From positions 79,534,090 through 79,598,089 of the forward strand of contig JASCQW010000043.1 of NCBI GenBank assembly GCA_030264375.1: DNA of 64,000 nucleotides. The letters run 5' to 3'. The notes under the pieces were generated by a model that searched no databases, had not been told where the DNA came from, and saw nothing but the letters and a program-made list of their open reading frames with translations. Source of the stretch: Carcharhinus longimanus (taxonomy: Eukaryota). This document shows positions 48,965 through 59,770 of the stretch, piece by piece. The position numbers were made by a program, and so were the translations under genes. Each line of letters opens with the position of its first letter. The stretch's first letter is position 1.

Positions 48965-49485
48965 ATTAAAATTTATTCATTCAAGAGTCAACACTCTTCA
49001 TTTGCTGCCCATCCCTAATTGCCATTGAGAAGGTAGTGGTGAGCCACCTTCTTTGAACTGCTGCATGCCCTGAGTTATAGATACACCTAATGTGTTAGGA
49101 AGGCTACTCCAGGATTTTGAGTAAGAAGTCTCACAACACCAGGTTAAAGTCCAACAGGTTTATTTGGTAGCACAAGCTTTCGGAGTGTCACTCCTTCTTC
49201 AGGTAAAGACTCACAGTGCATTTTGTAGGTGGTACACACTGCTGCGAATGTGCGTCGCTTGTGGAGGGAGTGAATGTTTCAGCTGCTGGATGGTCTGCCA
49301 ATCAAATGGGTTGCTTTGTCCTAGATGGTGTTGAGTTTCTGGAGTATTGTTTGAGCTGCACTCATCCAAGCAAGTGGGGAGTATTCAGTTACACTCCTAA
49401 TGTGTGGCTTTTAGATGGTCCAGGCTTTGGGGAGTCAGGAGGTGAGTTACTCACTGGAAAATACCCAGCCCCTGACATGCTCTTG
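48965..49485 (-). mobile_element. L2-type LINE 3' end, interrupted by a Penelope fragment
   Basis: tgcccatccctaattgccattgagaaggtagtggtgagcc; reverse of 32770-33615. Confidence 0.85.
49171..49205 (-). ncRNA. Intact minimal type-I hammerhead ribozyme motif in a Penelope terminal fragment (49120-49210)
   Basis: uac-CUGAAGA-A-GGAGU-gac-ACUCC-GAAA-GCUU-gug: full core, perfect stem II, palindromic stem III, 3-bp stem I. Confidence 0.72.
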
Positions 49486-50884
49486 TAGCCATATTTTATA
49501 CTTCAACCACATCAGTTATGTAATTAATACAAGTTCCTTTAACAATTGTAAAGAAATGCAAAGGAAAGGCAGCAGGGTGGAAGCAGTGAAACAACAACAA
49601 AAGAATTCATACCAGACAGAGAGAAAGATGTGCAAGAACTGTTAAAGATTGTATGACACAAGGATATGTCCAGCATTTAGATCAAACAGCAGGGCTTGTG
49701 GGAAACCCAATCACTATGAAAAGATGTGTAAAACAAAGAAAGAAGATGGTAAAGGAGTTAACAGAGATACAGCAACAGCGTGAGTGAGTAAGAAGACACC
49801 GGAACATCCATATCTGGAAAATGACAATGGGCCAGAACTCTGAGGAGTGGCAACTACAGTTGGACTGCCACCCTGCTCCTGTTTCCTTACACTGAAATGC
49901 AGCCATACCTTTCTTACCCAGCCTTCTGACTCAGGCTGGGTGGGGAAAGTGCAGCGCTGCAGGTTTCCAAGACCTCAGTCGAGTGCAGCACATTCAGAGG
50001 AAGGGAAGATATGCCCCCATTTAAAGGCAGTAACTGCCATAAAACAGGTGGGTTTGAAATCATATTAAGAAGCCAGGGAGAAGGTAAAAATGTGTCAGGT
50101 ATATGGGTAGGATTGGGGGCAGGAGGTGGGATGGATCGGGTGGTGGGTAAGATGAGGTGTGGGGGGTGGTAGTCAGGTTTTCAGGGACAATTGGGTGGTC
50201 AGTGGGGGAGTGATCAGATGGCCACAGGGGTGTTGTTGAATGGTCTGTTGGAGGGGATAGGAGGAGTGATTGGGTGGTTCCTGTGGGGTGTCAGAGGGGG
50301 TCAGTATTATAATTACCTTGGAGTTAGGATTGGTTTCATTCTCCTAACTTTTCCTGGGTAATTATTCTGATAGAGCAGTCAGAACCATCACAGTCTCTGA
50401 TTTAGATCTGGGTATGACCCAGAGACTGGAACTTATGGCTAAAGAGTTTGAGCAGACGAACAAACTACACAACTACATGGAATATTTAGATGGACGCTTC
50501 CCAAGGAAACAAAATTCACATAACCATTCAGATCAGGAAGAAGGTGAGAGATAAACTGGCAACCATACACCTGAGGGCATAAATCTTAAGCTGAGGCTTG
50601 CAAAATCCAAAATAAAATATTTATTGGAAAATATCATTCCTTGGTTTAGCCACATTTGGTGAACAATGCTGTATGTGCTACCTACACTAGCAACCAATTT
50701 GAGATAAGCAGTTACTTATGCTTGCTAGAAGCAACATGCATTCATTCAGAGAGATCCAAACTCCAAAAAAAAAGTTCAAGCCTTGTGCCCTTTTCGAATT
50801 ACCTGGCTGCGTGGGAAGTCTCTGATTCATAAGGCGGAATTTTACCGGCCCGCCCGCCCGAGGTTCATACGACCCCATCCTTTC

Positions 50885-50985
50885 ATAAAGGGGGGGCGGT
50901 TTAGAACAGAGTTGAGGAGGAACTTCTTCACTCAAAGGGTGATGAATCTCTGGAATTCTCTGCCCGTTGAAGTGGTGGAGGCTGC
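50885..50985 (+). mobile_element. Young CR1 fragment before a long gap
   Basis: IKGGRFRTELRRNFFTQRVMNLWNSLPVEVVEA. Confidence 0.85.
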
Positions 50986-51587
50986 NNNNNNNNNNNNNNN
51001 NNNNNNNNNNNNNNNNNNNNNNNNNNNNNNNNNNNNNNNNNNNNNNNNNNNNNNNNNNNNNNNNNNNNNNNNNNNNNNNNNNNNNNNNNNNNNNNNNNNN
51101 NNNNNNNNNNNNNNNNNNNNNNNNNNNNNNNNNNNNNNNNNNNNNNNNNNNNNNNNNNNNNNNNNNNNNNNNNNNNNNNNNNNNNNNNNNNNNNNNNNNN
51201 NNNNNNNNNNNNNNNNNNNNNNNNNNNNNNNNNNNNNNNNNNNNNNNNNNNNNNNNNNNNNNNNNNNNNNNNNNNNNNNNNNNNNNNNNNNNNNNNNNNN
51301 NNNNNNNNNNNNNNNNNNNNNNNNNNNNNNNNNNNNNNNNNNNNNNNNNNNNNNNNNNNNNNNNNNNNNNNNNNNNNNNNNNNNNNNNNNNNNNNNNNNN
51401 NNNNNNNNNNNNNNNNNNNNNNNNNNNNNNNNNNNNNNNNNNNNNNNNNNNNNNNNNNNNNNNNNNNNNNNNNNNNNNNNNNNNNNNNNNNNNNNNNNNN
51501 NNNNNNNNNNNNNNNNNNNNNNNNNNNNNNTCATTATGAGAGCTAAGTCAATGGGAGAGCTATAAATTTGCCTGGATCCCAAAGTCC

Positions 51588-51725
51588 TGGGTGCAATCTT
51601 ACAGGCTGTTCATACTACACTCCTGCTGCAGTGAAGTCGGAGAATTTGGCACACAGTCAAATCTCTATTCACTGCAGCGGGATGGGAAAATCCCACTAGT
51701 GTGAATGGCCATAACATTCCATCCC
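51588..51725. mobile_element. About 135-bp MITE inserted in Gypsy RT
   Basis: gggtgcaatctta...taacattccatccc; interrupts the LDPKDLN motif. Confidence 0.75.
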
Positions 51726-52979
51726 TTAAATAATTAAGAAGAAACATTATTTACTCCAATGTGGAAGAAATCAGGCACATACCAGCAGGGGCAAATGTTC
51801 TCAGCAATCTCAATGGCAGAAATGGTTATTGGACTGTGAAGTTTGATGACGAAGTATTCTGAGGGAATAAGATCTCACATTGTATATTTTTATAATGTAT
51901 AGATGTACTTATTATAATTTCCAAAATTGATAAAACTGAAGAAATACATTTAAAATGGCTGAAATTGTACCTGTCTGTCACCCCGAACAAAAGAAGCCTC
52001 TGGCAGTTTTCGGGAAATTCATACTTCATCATCGAAGCAGCCACCAATGACCCCCTGTGAACTGTACAGCTCAACTTTAAAGAGAGATTTTCAATGGCTA
52101 TCTGCATTGAATAACCCAGGCTGGCCAGAAGAAGATGGATCGTCTGCTAAGACAAAGGCTCTGCATTCTTCCTTTCAATTCCTAATGACCAATATTCTTT
52201 GGAATTTAGGCCATGGAGATACACCCTTTGTCAATGTTAGTGGAGAGGTGGGAGTTATATGACATGGACCAGTATGTGGAACCAGTAATACTGCATGGTT
52301 GAACCGAAAAGCTCAGTCTGCTGTTTGAGGTCTGACTAACAGACCTCAAGTTGGACACCTCACCTCATCTACCCTGCTTCTGCTGGACGTTTGTACCACT
52401 GCCTACAAGACTGATTCATTTCTGCGTGCCTACCTCATCATGTTAAGTCAACACTGTCATGTTAAGGGTTTGATAAGATCTTGAGACATGTATGTTCAAA
52501 CATGAACCATTTATTGTTAATCATTAGATCCCAGGTATTGACACACATGGTGGTGTTTGCATGCAGGCTGCTCCTCGAGTTTTATGTGAGTCTATTATCA
52601 TGTGACTTTATCCATAATGTGCACAGTGTTATTCTCCAGTCCCAAACTGTCCCTTGCTCTGCACAGCACCTTATAAAGGCATGCAGGCATATACGTCATG
52701 CAATATCAATATCACCCTTTTGTCTCAAAAGTAAACTTTCTTCCCTTCCAATGTAGTATTACAATACAATCTTGACTTGCTATCCCTTCTCGCCCAACCC
52801 CAAGTCAATTACTTTATAAATTCAGGTGATCTTGAGGCTTAACATTTTTTCCATTTCTCAATTTGTCACATTTGGAGGAATTGTAGTTGTACCAGTAATG
52901 GTAGTGTGTTTCTGATGCTTGGTTATCTCCATTTGATTCACTTTTTGGAGTTTCTTGTTATTGTTATATTGTTCCATTA

Positions 52980-53302
52980 ACAGCCAGCATAACTAAGGAC
53001 CTCATGCACCCTGGACATTCTCTCTTCCACCTTCTTCCATCAGGAAAAAGATACAAAAGCCTGAGGTCACACACTAACTGACTCAAGAACAGCTTTTTCC
53101 CTGCTGCTGTCAGACTTTTGAATGGACCTACCTCATGTTAAGTTGATCTTCCTCTACACCCTGGCTGCGACTGTAACACTACATTCTGCACTCTCTCCTT
53201 TCCTTCTTTATGTATGCTATGCTTTGTCTGTATAGCGTGCAAGAAACAATACTTTTCACTGTATGCTAATACATGTGACAATAATAAATCAAATCAAATC
53301 AA
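52980..53302 (+). mobile_element. Rex1/Babar LINE 3' end
   Basis: Homologous to 39180-39634; (aatca)n tail. Confidence 0.9.
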
Positions 53303-54739
53303 TTCCAAACATGGGTGTATCCCATTCCTTGCAAAGGGAAGATGCACTCTGTTGATTCCTAGTGTGGTTTTGATTATTTTCCTATGGTGTCTGCCATGTT
53401 CCTGCTGGAGCTGGATGTTTTGCAAATAAAACCTTCATTTCCACTTGTTTCACAATTTCAGCCAAACATTTGTTTGCTGTTTCATTTCCAAATTATTTTG
53501 CAAGTTTATGAGTCTTTTCACTCAGCTTAGCTTTCTTTTCTGATTCCTTGCGTTTCAATGCCAGATTTGCATTTTTCCATCAAGTCACTGTCTTTTCTTT
53601 CTCTGTCTCCAATACAACTTGGTCCTTGTCCATCATTTTAGTTTCTCTGTTGGTCAGGGTCAGTCTACAGCGAAGTCTTGTTTTGGTTGTGTAATTGTGG
53701 TAATCGTGGCTTCATTATCCATTCACAGCTTGGAAAATTCTACTGCTTTCCTTTTCAATGCGTCGTCTTTGCCAGTTAACCGTTTCTTCAACTGCCAGTC
53801 TGTTTCTTATAACTTTCATCTTCCTCCTGGAATAGTGAACGTTGCTAAGTCTGCTTTGCCATCTGGTTGTTCAGTTTCTTCAGAGTGAAGTTAAATTCAT
53901 TTTGCTTCTTTTCTAATTCCCCAGAAGAATAAACTTTGACCTGAGGGGTTTTATCAGTCTTTCATCTGGTTTTCCTTTCCTTGGTGAAAATCGCTTGCTT
54001 CATCTTGTGCCTCTCTGTAATTCATAGAGCGTCCCTGATTGACTTCCATTGTGTTTCCATTCCATTTAAGATCGTCCTCGTTTTGCTGAATGGTCATGGA
54101 TTCCATTCACATTTGAATTTGAAAGACAATCAGTAGTTCCTTCATCTATTTATTTTCTTGATGACCTCTTGCTGAACTCACGTTGTGCTTCAGTGCATCA
54201 TTTTGTTTCTACTGATAGATCAAATGGAGCTATTTCTGGAGTAAAATTCACTGTCCTTCTTAGCAGCTCATGTTTTTCCATGGCTACATATTGATGCTTC
54301 AAAGAGTCTTTCAGGGTTATTAGAGGATTATTACTACCTTCTGATGCCTTTGTGTCATTTCTGAAATGTGTTTGTTCAGATCTTATTGCATGTTTTCAAA
54401 GATAAGTACTCAGCTTGAATCTTGTGCTTCAAATCTTCCAGTTCAGTTCTGGTGCAAACATTTTCCTGTAGAACGGTTTATTTTGAATTACCTGAGATAA
54501 TGTTCCTGTCACCTGCTTACTCCACACTGCATTGTGTTGTTGCAATTTGCATTCTGAGTCAGCTCTACTTTTAAATCTCTCACTGACTGATGACTGATTC
54601 TCAGTCATTTCTTTCTTCTGCATCAAACTCTTCAGCATTTTCTCATGGTCAGCAACCATGTTGTGGTTTACTTTGCTGTTGTCTCCCTCATTCTGAGGAC
54701 TTCTGTCACTTTTGGCCTGGTGCTTTTCGATGCCAACAT

Positions 54740-54920
54740 AATTGAATATATTCAAGAGGTGGCTGGATATAGCATTTGGGGCAATGGGATCAAAGGTTAT
54801 GTGGAGAAAGCAGGATTAGGCTATTGAGTTGGATGATCAGCCATGATCATAATGAATGGTGGAGTAGGCTCGAAGGGCCAAATGGTTTCCTCCTGCTCCT
54901 ATCTTGTATGTTTCTATGTT
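54740..54920 (+). mobile_element. CR1 tail
   Basis: gggatcaaaggttatgtggagaaagcagg...ggctcgaagggccaaatgg..ctcctgctccta. Confidence 0.8.
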
Positions 54921-57339
54921 GTCCTCATGCAGGAATCTTTGGCTATCCTTCATGCTTTATTAGGGTGTGCTGGACGTTTTTCTAGGGTCTGCGCTCTCCC
55001 CAACTTGGAGTTTAAAATATTTGCCAAAGGCTTTTAATATATCCCCAAACATCCTGGAGTATTGATTAACATATTGGCTGAAGAGTACTTCATTCTCAAA
55101 TGAACCAAAGATGAATAAAAATGTATAAACTTATATACCTCTGATTTCTTATTTAATCCTGTAATTCTCCTGTAAGCTAAAATTTGTCTTCTCCAAGACT
55201 CAAACTCTTGGGTCTGGTTTAGTCATTTCCTTACCCTAAATGCATCTGGCTCTTCTAATTTTCTGTCCATGGTCATTCTTTTGCTTACACTTACAGCTCT
55301 AAATATTGTCACTTATCTCAATGATAAGATCTTGAGACGTATATTCAAACATGAACCATTTATTGTTAATCTTTGATGATGTACAGATCCCAGGTACTGA
55401 CATGCATGGTGCTGTTTCTATGCAGGCAGTGCAGAATCTGTTTTGTCCCCCCACTCACACAATAGTTACTAGTTGGCTTCCCTCTTGTCTTTTGTTTGAG
55501 CCTCGTTACTGGGGAGACTTCTGGCTCCTTTAATTTAGAAAGGACTTTGCAGGCATCTTGATCAGGCATCCAGATACAGGACGTGCCAACGTTTTGTACT
55601 TCATTGGGTTCGAAGCTATTTAATCCCAGTTTACGGTACTTTAATAGGTAAGATTTCAGCATTTCCAAATTAGTTGGAAGGGTTGTACTCACAGTCCGAG
55701 TTGTATTTCACCTTTACGACTGTTGTTTATTTCCTGGTCTTTCATTTTTTTAAACCTTTGCAGGAACTTTTAAAATAGCAGTAATTCATTCCTCAGTACC
55801 AGAAGCCAGGGACTTGACTGTAAAAGGTTCCCTTTCTCTTTAATTTTTTTTTCCTTTTGTTTACTGCGCTCTGCAGATTTCTCTCTTTACTCTGCCAGCC
55901 GATTTGTTTAATTTTTTTTAAACTTCAGTGCAGCACGGCCAGCACTGTTGCATAGCTGAGCCCCTGAGACTGCCACCTATTTTACAATGTAAGTACAATT
56001 TATTATTTTATAATTTTGTTCACCATTTTGTGAACTCTCTAGGTTCTTTTGTATTTTTGCTCACTCATCTTTGTGGTCTGACCATGTTTTTAAATTGGCC
56101 TCACTCTGGGTCTTACAATGGACTTCCATTCACTCTGGTGGATTCCTCAACTTCCAAGTCTATCTTCAACTTCTTCTGCTCTTCAACTGCTTCTTCATTT
56201 TTTCTTCTTAAGTGCAAGTCTCTCTGGTTTGGCTTCAGCTACCTTTAGTCCTTCATGTTTTGGGATCCTTTTGTCGATTTATAGTTTAAAATGCCACCTT
56301 TCACATCAGGGGCTTCTGGGCACCCCAAGGGAGGGCTGAAGGCTACACCAATGTCTTCCAGCCAGGAGATCCCGGGCGCCCCCTTTTCCTCACACCAGGG
56401 CATCTCAGGGCCAGTGGGATGAACAGGGTGGCACCAAAACAACACCATCTGCAAGTCAGCCAGGGACATCCAAGTCCTGGCCACCCAGGGGATGTCCGTC
56501 AAGAGCATCACAGGAAACAGGGCGTGCATCACAGCCGGACACCCCCGCCTCTGATGTGCATCCTGGGATAGCAATGAGAAGAAGCAGTAGACAGCACAAA
56601 GTTAGGAAGTTGTAGTTCACTAGAGGGCACGGGTGAAGGTCATCATTAGATAGGTTTTGAGAATCATTTATGTCAAGAGCACAATAAACTGTCAATTGCA
56701 TATCACGCTGTGGCTAATGTGTCTCTGATTCTCTTCTCCATCCCCCCCTCCCACCCACACAGCTCAGTGTTCCCGAATCCCAAACAAAGAGGTGCTGTTT
56801 ATTGAACCTTGCAGACTCAGACACATGTTTAAGAGTGCCTGCCCTACCTTCCTCAATATCCACCAGACCCTTGGTGTAAGTGCTGTCCCCTCTCCCCCCC
56901 GTCCCCTGCCTTCCCCACTCCCCACCCCACACGCTTGGCCAAAAAACATGTGTCTCCAACCCTTACAGCTATGTGGGCCAGGCATTCGGAGTGCAGGTAG
57001 GAGTCAGACTTGAGTTGCACCAGGAGCAGGATCCCAGCTAGTCATCATCATTCTCCAGCCTTCAACCAAGACTTACAACCATTGCCAGCCCAGGCACGTT
57101 AACAGGTTTGGATGTGTCTGGGGGATAGGGTGGTGGGATGAGAGAGACTGGGGAAGGGTGATGTGGTGGTTTGAGGGCCCAGGTCGGCTTGGAGGGGGAA
57201 TAGCAGCTGCGCTTCCTCCTGGGGTGTGGTGGATGTGTGTTGGGTGCAGCTCCCTTGCTGCACAGCACAAGCTGGGTGAAGCGGGCTGGCCTTCCCTGCC
57301 AGACACCTGCCATTGCCACCCGCTGTCTTTCCTCTGGCT

Positions 57340-58450
57340 CTTCACGTGTGGGGCACCCAACTCGCTCCTTCACTGCTCCTCCTCCTCCAGCTGGTCTCCC
57401 CTCTGCTGGGTGATGTCGTGAAGAGCGCAGCAAATGATAATGATGCGTGAAACGCACACACGGTCATACTGGAGACCCCCCCCCAGAGCGATCCAAGCAG
57501 CAGAACCACGTCGTAAGCAGGCCGATGCACTGCTCAATGATGGACGAGCCGCATGGGCCTCATTGTAGTGGTTCTCCATTTCGGTCTGGGGCCTCCACAC
57601 AGGCGTCNNNNNNNNNNNNNNNNNNNNNNNNNNNNNNNNNNNNNNNNNNNNNNNNCTGGTCTTCAAAGACCCCAGGGATGACTGATAGCCTGAGCACAAA
57701 GCTGTCATGGACGCTCCCTGGGTGACGTGCATCGACCTGCATGATTTTCAGTTGACGGTCGCAGACAATTTGGACGTTCAGGGGGTGGAACCCCTTCCAG
57801 TACAAAAATCGCTGCAGCCCAGCATTGGGGGGGGGGGCGGTGCCACAAGGCGATGTGTGTCCCATCTGCGCTGCTCCCTGCACATTCAGGATCCCGGCGA
57901 TGGACATGAAGCCGAGAGCCCGGGCCTCCTGCTGTGCACGGCCTACACTGAAATTAATGAACTGCCCTGCCTGGACATACAGGGCATCTGTGACCTGCTG
58001 CACAATCTGTGCACAGAGACCTGGGAGATCCCAGCTAGGTCACCTCTGGGAGCCAGGAATGACTCGGAGGCATAGAAATTGAGGGCTGCCACCGACTTCA
58101 CTTCCACAGGGAGCAGTGTCTCCACTCCCCTGAGGTGCCAGGTGTGAGAGCACCTCATAAATGCGTCACACCGTGGTCATGGATAAATGCAGCCAGTGAC
58201 GGCATATTTCCTACGAGAGGGCCTCAAAGGAATTGTGGGGCCTGTACCTTCTTGCCCTCAGTACCCACCGCTTTCTGTGCATCCTCTTGGGAGGCTGCCC
58301 ACCCTCCTCCTGTCCCTCAGCGGCAGTCCTTTACCTTCCTTCCTGAGGGACTGATGGTGCCTGCTCCTGCAATAGTCTCTCCATGCCCATCACCTCCTGA
58401 GTCGCTGCCTCCTCCTTCTCTGCCGCTGCTGCCACCAATGTGGCCGGGTC
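57340..58450 (-). pseudogene. Harbinger DDE transposase (HARBI1-like, DDE_Tnp_4) pseudogene
   Basis: VAALNFYASES, GDLAGISQ, QVTDAL, KGFHPLNVQIVCD, VDARHPGSVHDSFVL, YNEAH, IIICCALHD; frameshifts and a gap. Confidence 0.92.
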
Positions 58451-58654
58451 CAAATCAAGCAAATGTCATTCTATGCTTGTTCCAAACACCATCTGCACAG
58501 TGGGGTTTAGAAAGAGCACAGAATGACGGATTATTATCATCGGCTGCACGGACCCAGCACCACCCCAATCCCTCACTTGGTCAGAATCCCCACTTATGGG
58601 AGCTGTAAACCCCACACAATCCATGGTGCCATGCATGGCCCGATTAGGGTTGTG

Positions 58655-59203
58655 TGAGAGAAGACTAAGAAAATTTGGCATGTCAGCCACAACTCTCACC
58701 AACTTTTACAGCTGCACCATAGAAGGCATTCTTTCTGGTTGTATCACAGCTTGGTATGGCTCCTGCTCTGCCCAAGACCGCAAGAAACTACAAAAGATCG
58801 TGAATGTAACCCAATCCATCACGCAAACCAACTTCCCATCCATTGAATCTATCTACACTTCCCACTGCCTCGGCAAAGCAGCCAGCATAATTAAGGATCC
58901 CACGCACCCCGGATATTGTCTCTTCCACCTTTTCCCTTCAGGAAAAGGATACAGAAGTCTGAGGCCACATACCAACCGATGCAAGAACGGCTTCTTTCCG
59001 GCTGTTGTCAGACTTTTGAATGGATTTACCTTGCATTAAGTTGATCTTCCTCTCCGCCCTACCTATGACTGTAACACTGCATTCTTCACTTGATTATTTC
59101 CTTCTCGATGAACGGTATGTTTTGTCTGTATAGTGCGCAAAAAAAAATACTTTTCACTATATGTTAATACATGTGACAATAAAAAAGCAAATCAAATCAA
59201 ATC
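58655..59203 (+). mobile_element. Rex1/Babar LINE 3' end nested in the Harbinger
   Basis: RRLRKFGMSATTLTNFYSCTIEGILSGCITAWYGSCSAQDRKKLQKIV...FFPAVVRLLN. Confidence 0.93.
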
Positions 59204-59549
59204 ATCATGACAAATGCTGGTACAGATTATGCAGGTCAGTGTGCAGACATGGGCAGTTCTATGTGTGCAACTGCAGCATCTGTTACAGGCATGCATTGAT
59301 GGTAACACGTGTCACAGGGCAAGGACAGGCTGCAAAGCAGCACCAGATGTGTGCCCAGTGACAGCAGACTCCATGCAGCCCATGTCTGAAACTCTGCACC
59401 TCGGCCTGGAGCAGCAGCTGCTTCATCTAGTTAGGCCTCAGTTGGCACATGGTGCACTCCTCCCCCACCCCAGAAGACCAGAACTTGGTAGGGTCCCTGA
59501 CCGCACCCTGCAGAAAGACAATGTCACTGCAAAGGAAGAAGAAGGTGAG

Positions 59550-59770
59550 TGGGAGCCCTCGAGGCTGCCTCCCACAGTGCACTTCAGCGTGCCCGGGGTT
59601 GGGGGAGGGAAACGGGAGCCCTCGAGGCTGTTTCCCCCAGTGCATGACAGATCTGTCCAGGAGGGGGTTGGAGGGGGCGGTGGGGCAGCGGGAGCCCTCA
59701 AAGATGCTTCCACAGTGTGCTTCAGCTCTGCCCGGGGGGGGGGGGGAGGTGGTGTGGGGCAGGAGCAGAA
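59550..59770. repeat. GC-rich minisatellite, at least 3 units of about 65-75 bp
   Basis: Units begin gggagccctc(g/a)a.g.tg..tccc.cagtg; runs into a gap. Confidence 0.75.

Larger units (their letters stand above)
52471..55426 (-). mobile_element. Non-autonomous LTR element with gag-like remnant only
   Basis: Direct repeat tgataagatcttgagac..ttcaaacatgaaccatttattgttaatc at 52471 and 55322; LTR 52471-52714 ends atca next to a reverse PPT cccttttgtctc; gag-like start QEFESWRRQILAYRRITGLNKKSE. Confidence 0.7.

Noticed and set aside
50783-51582. ORFs of 190-260 aa across the long gap (also 23240..23752 and 28930..29362)
   Set aside because: Their length comes from N runs translated as X
57340-58450. 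Possible domesticated HARBI1 gene
   Set aside because: Frameshifts, altered catalytic-region motif and transposon context indicate a dead copy
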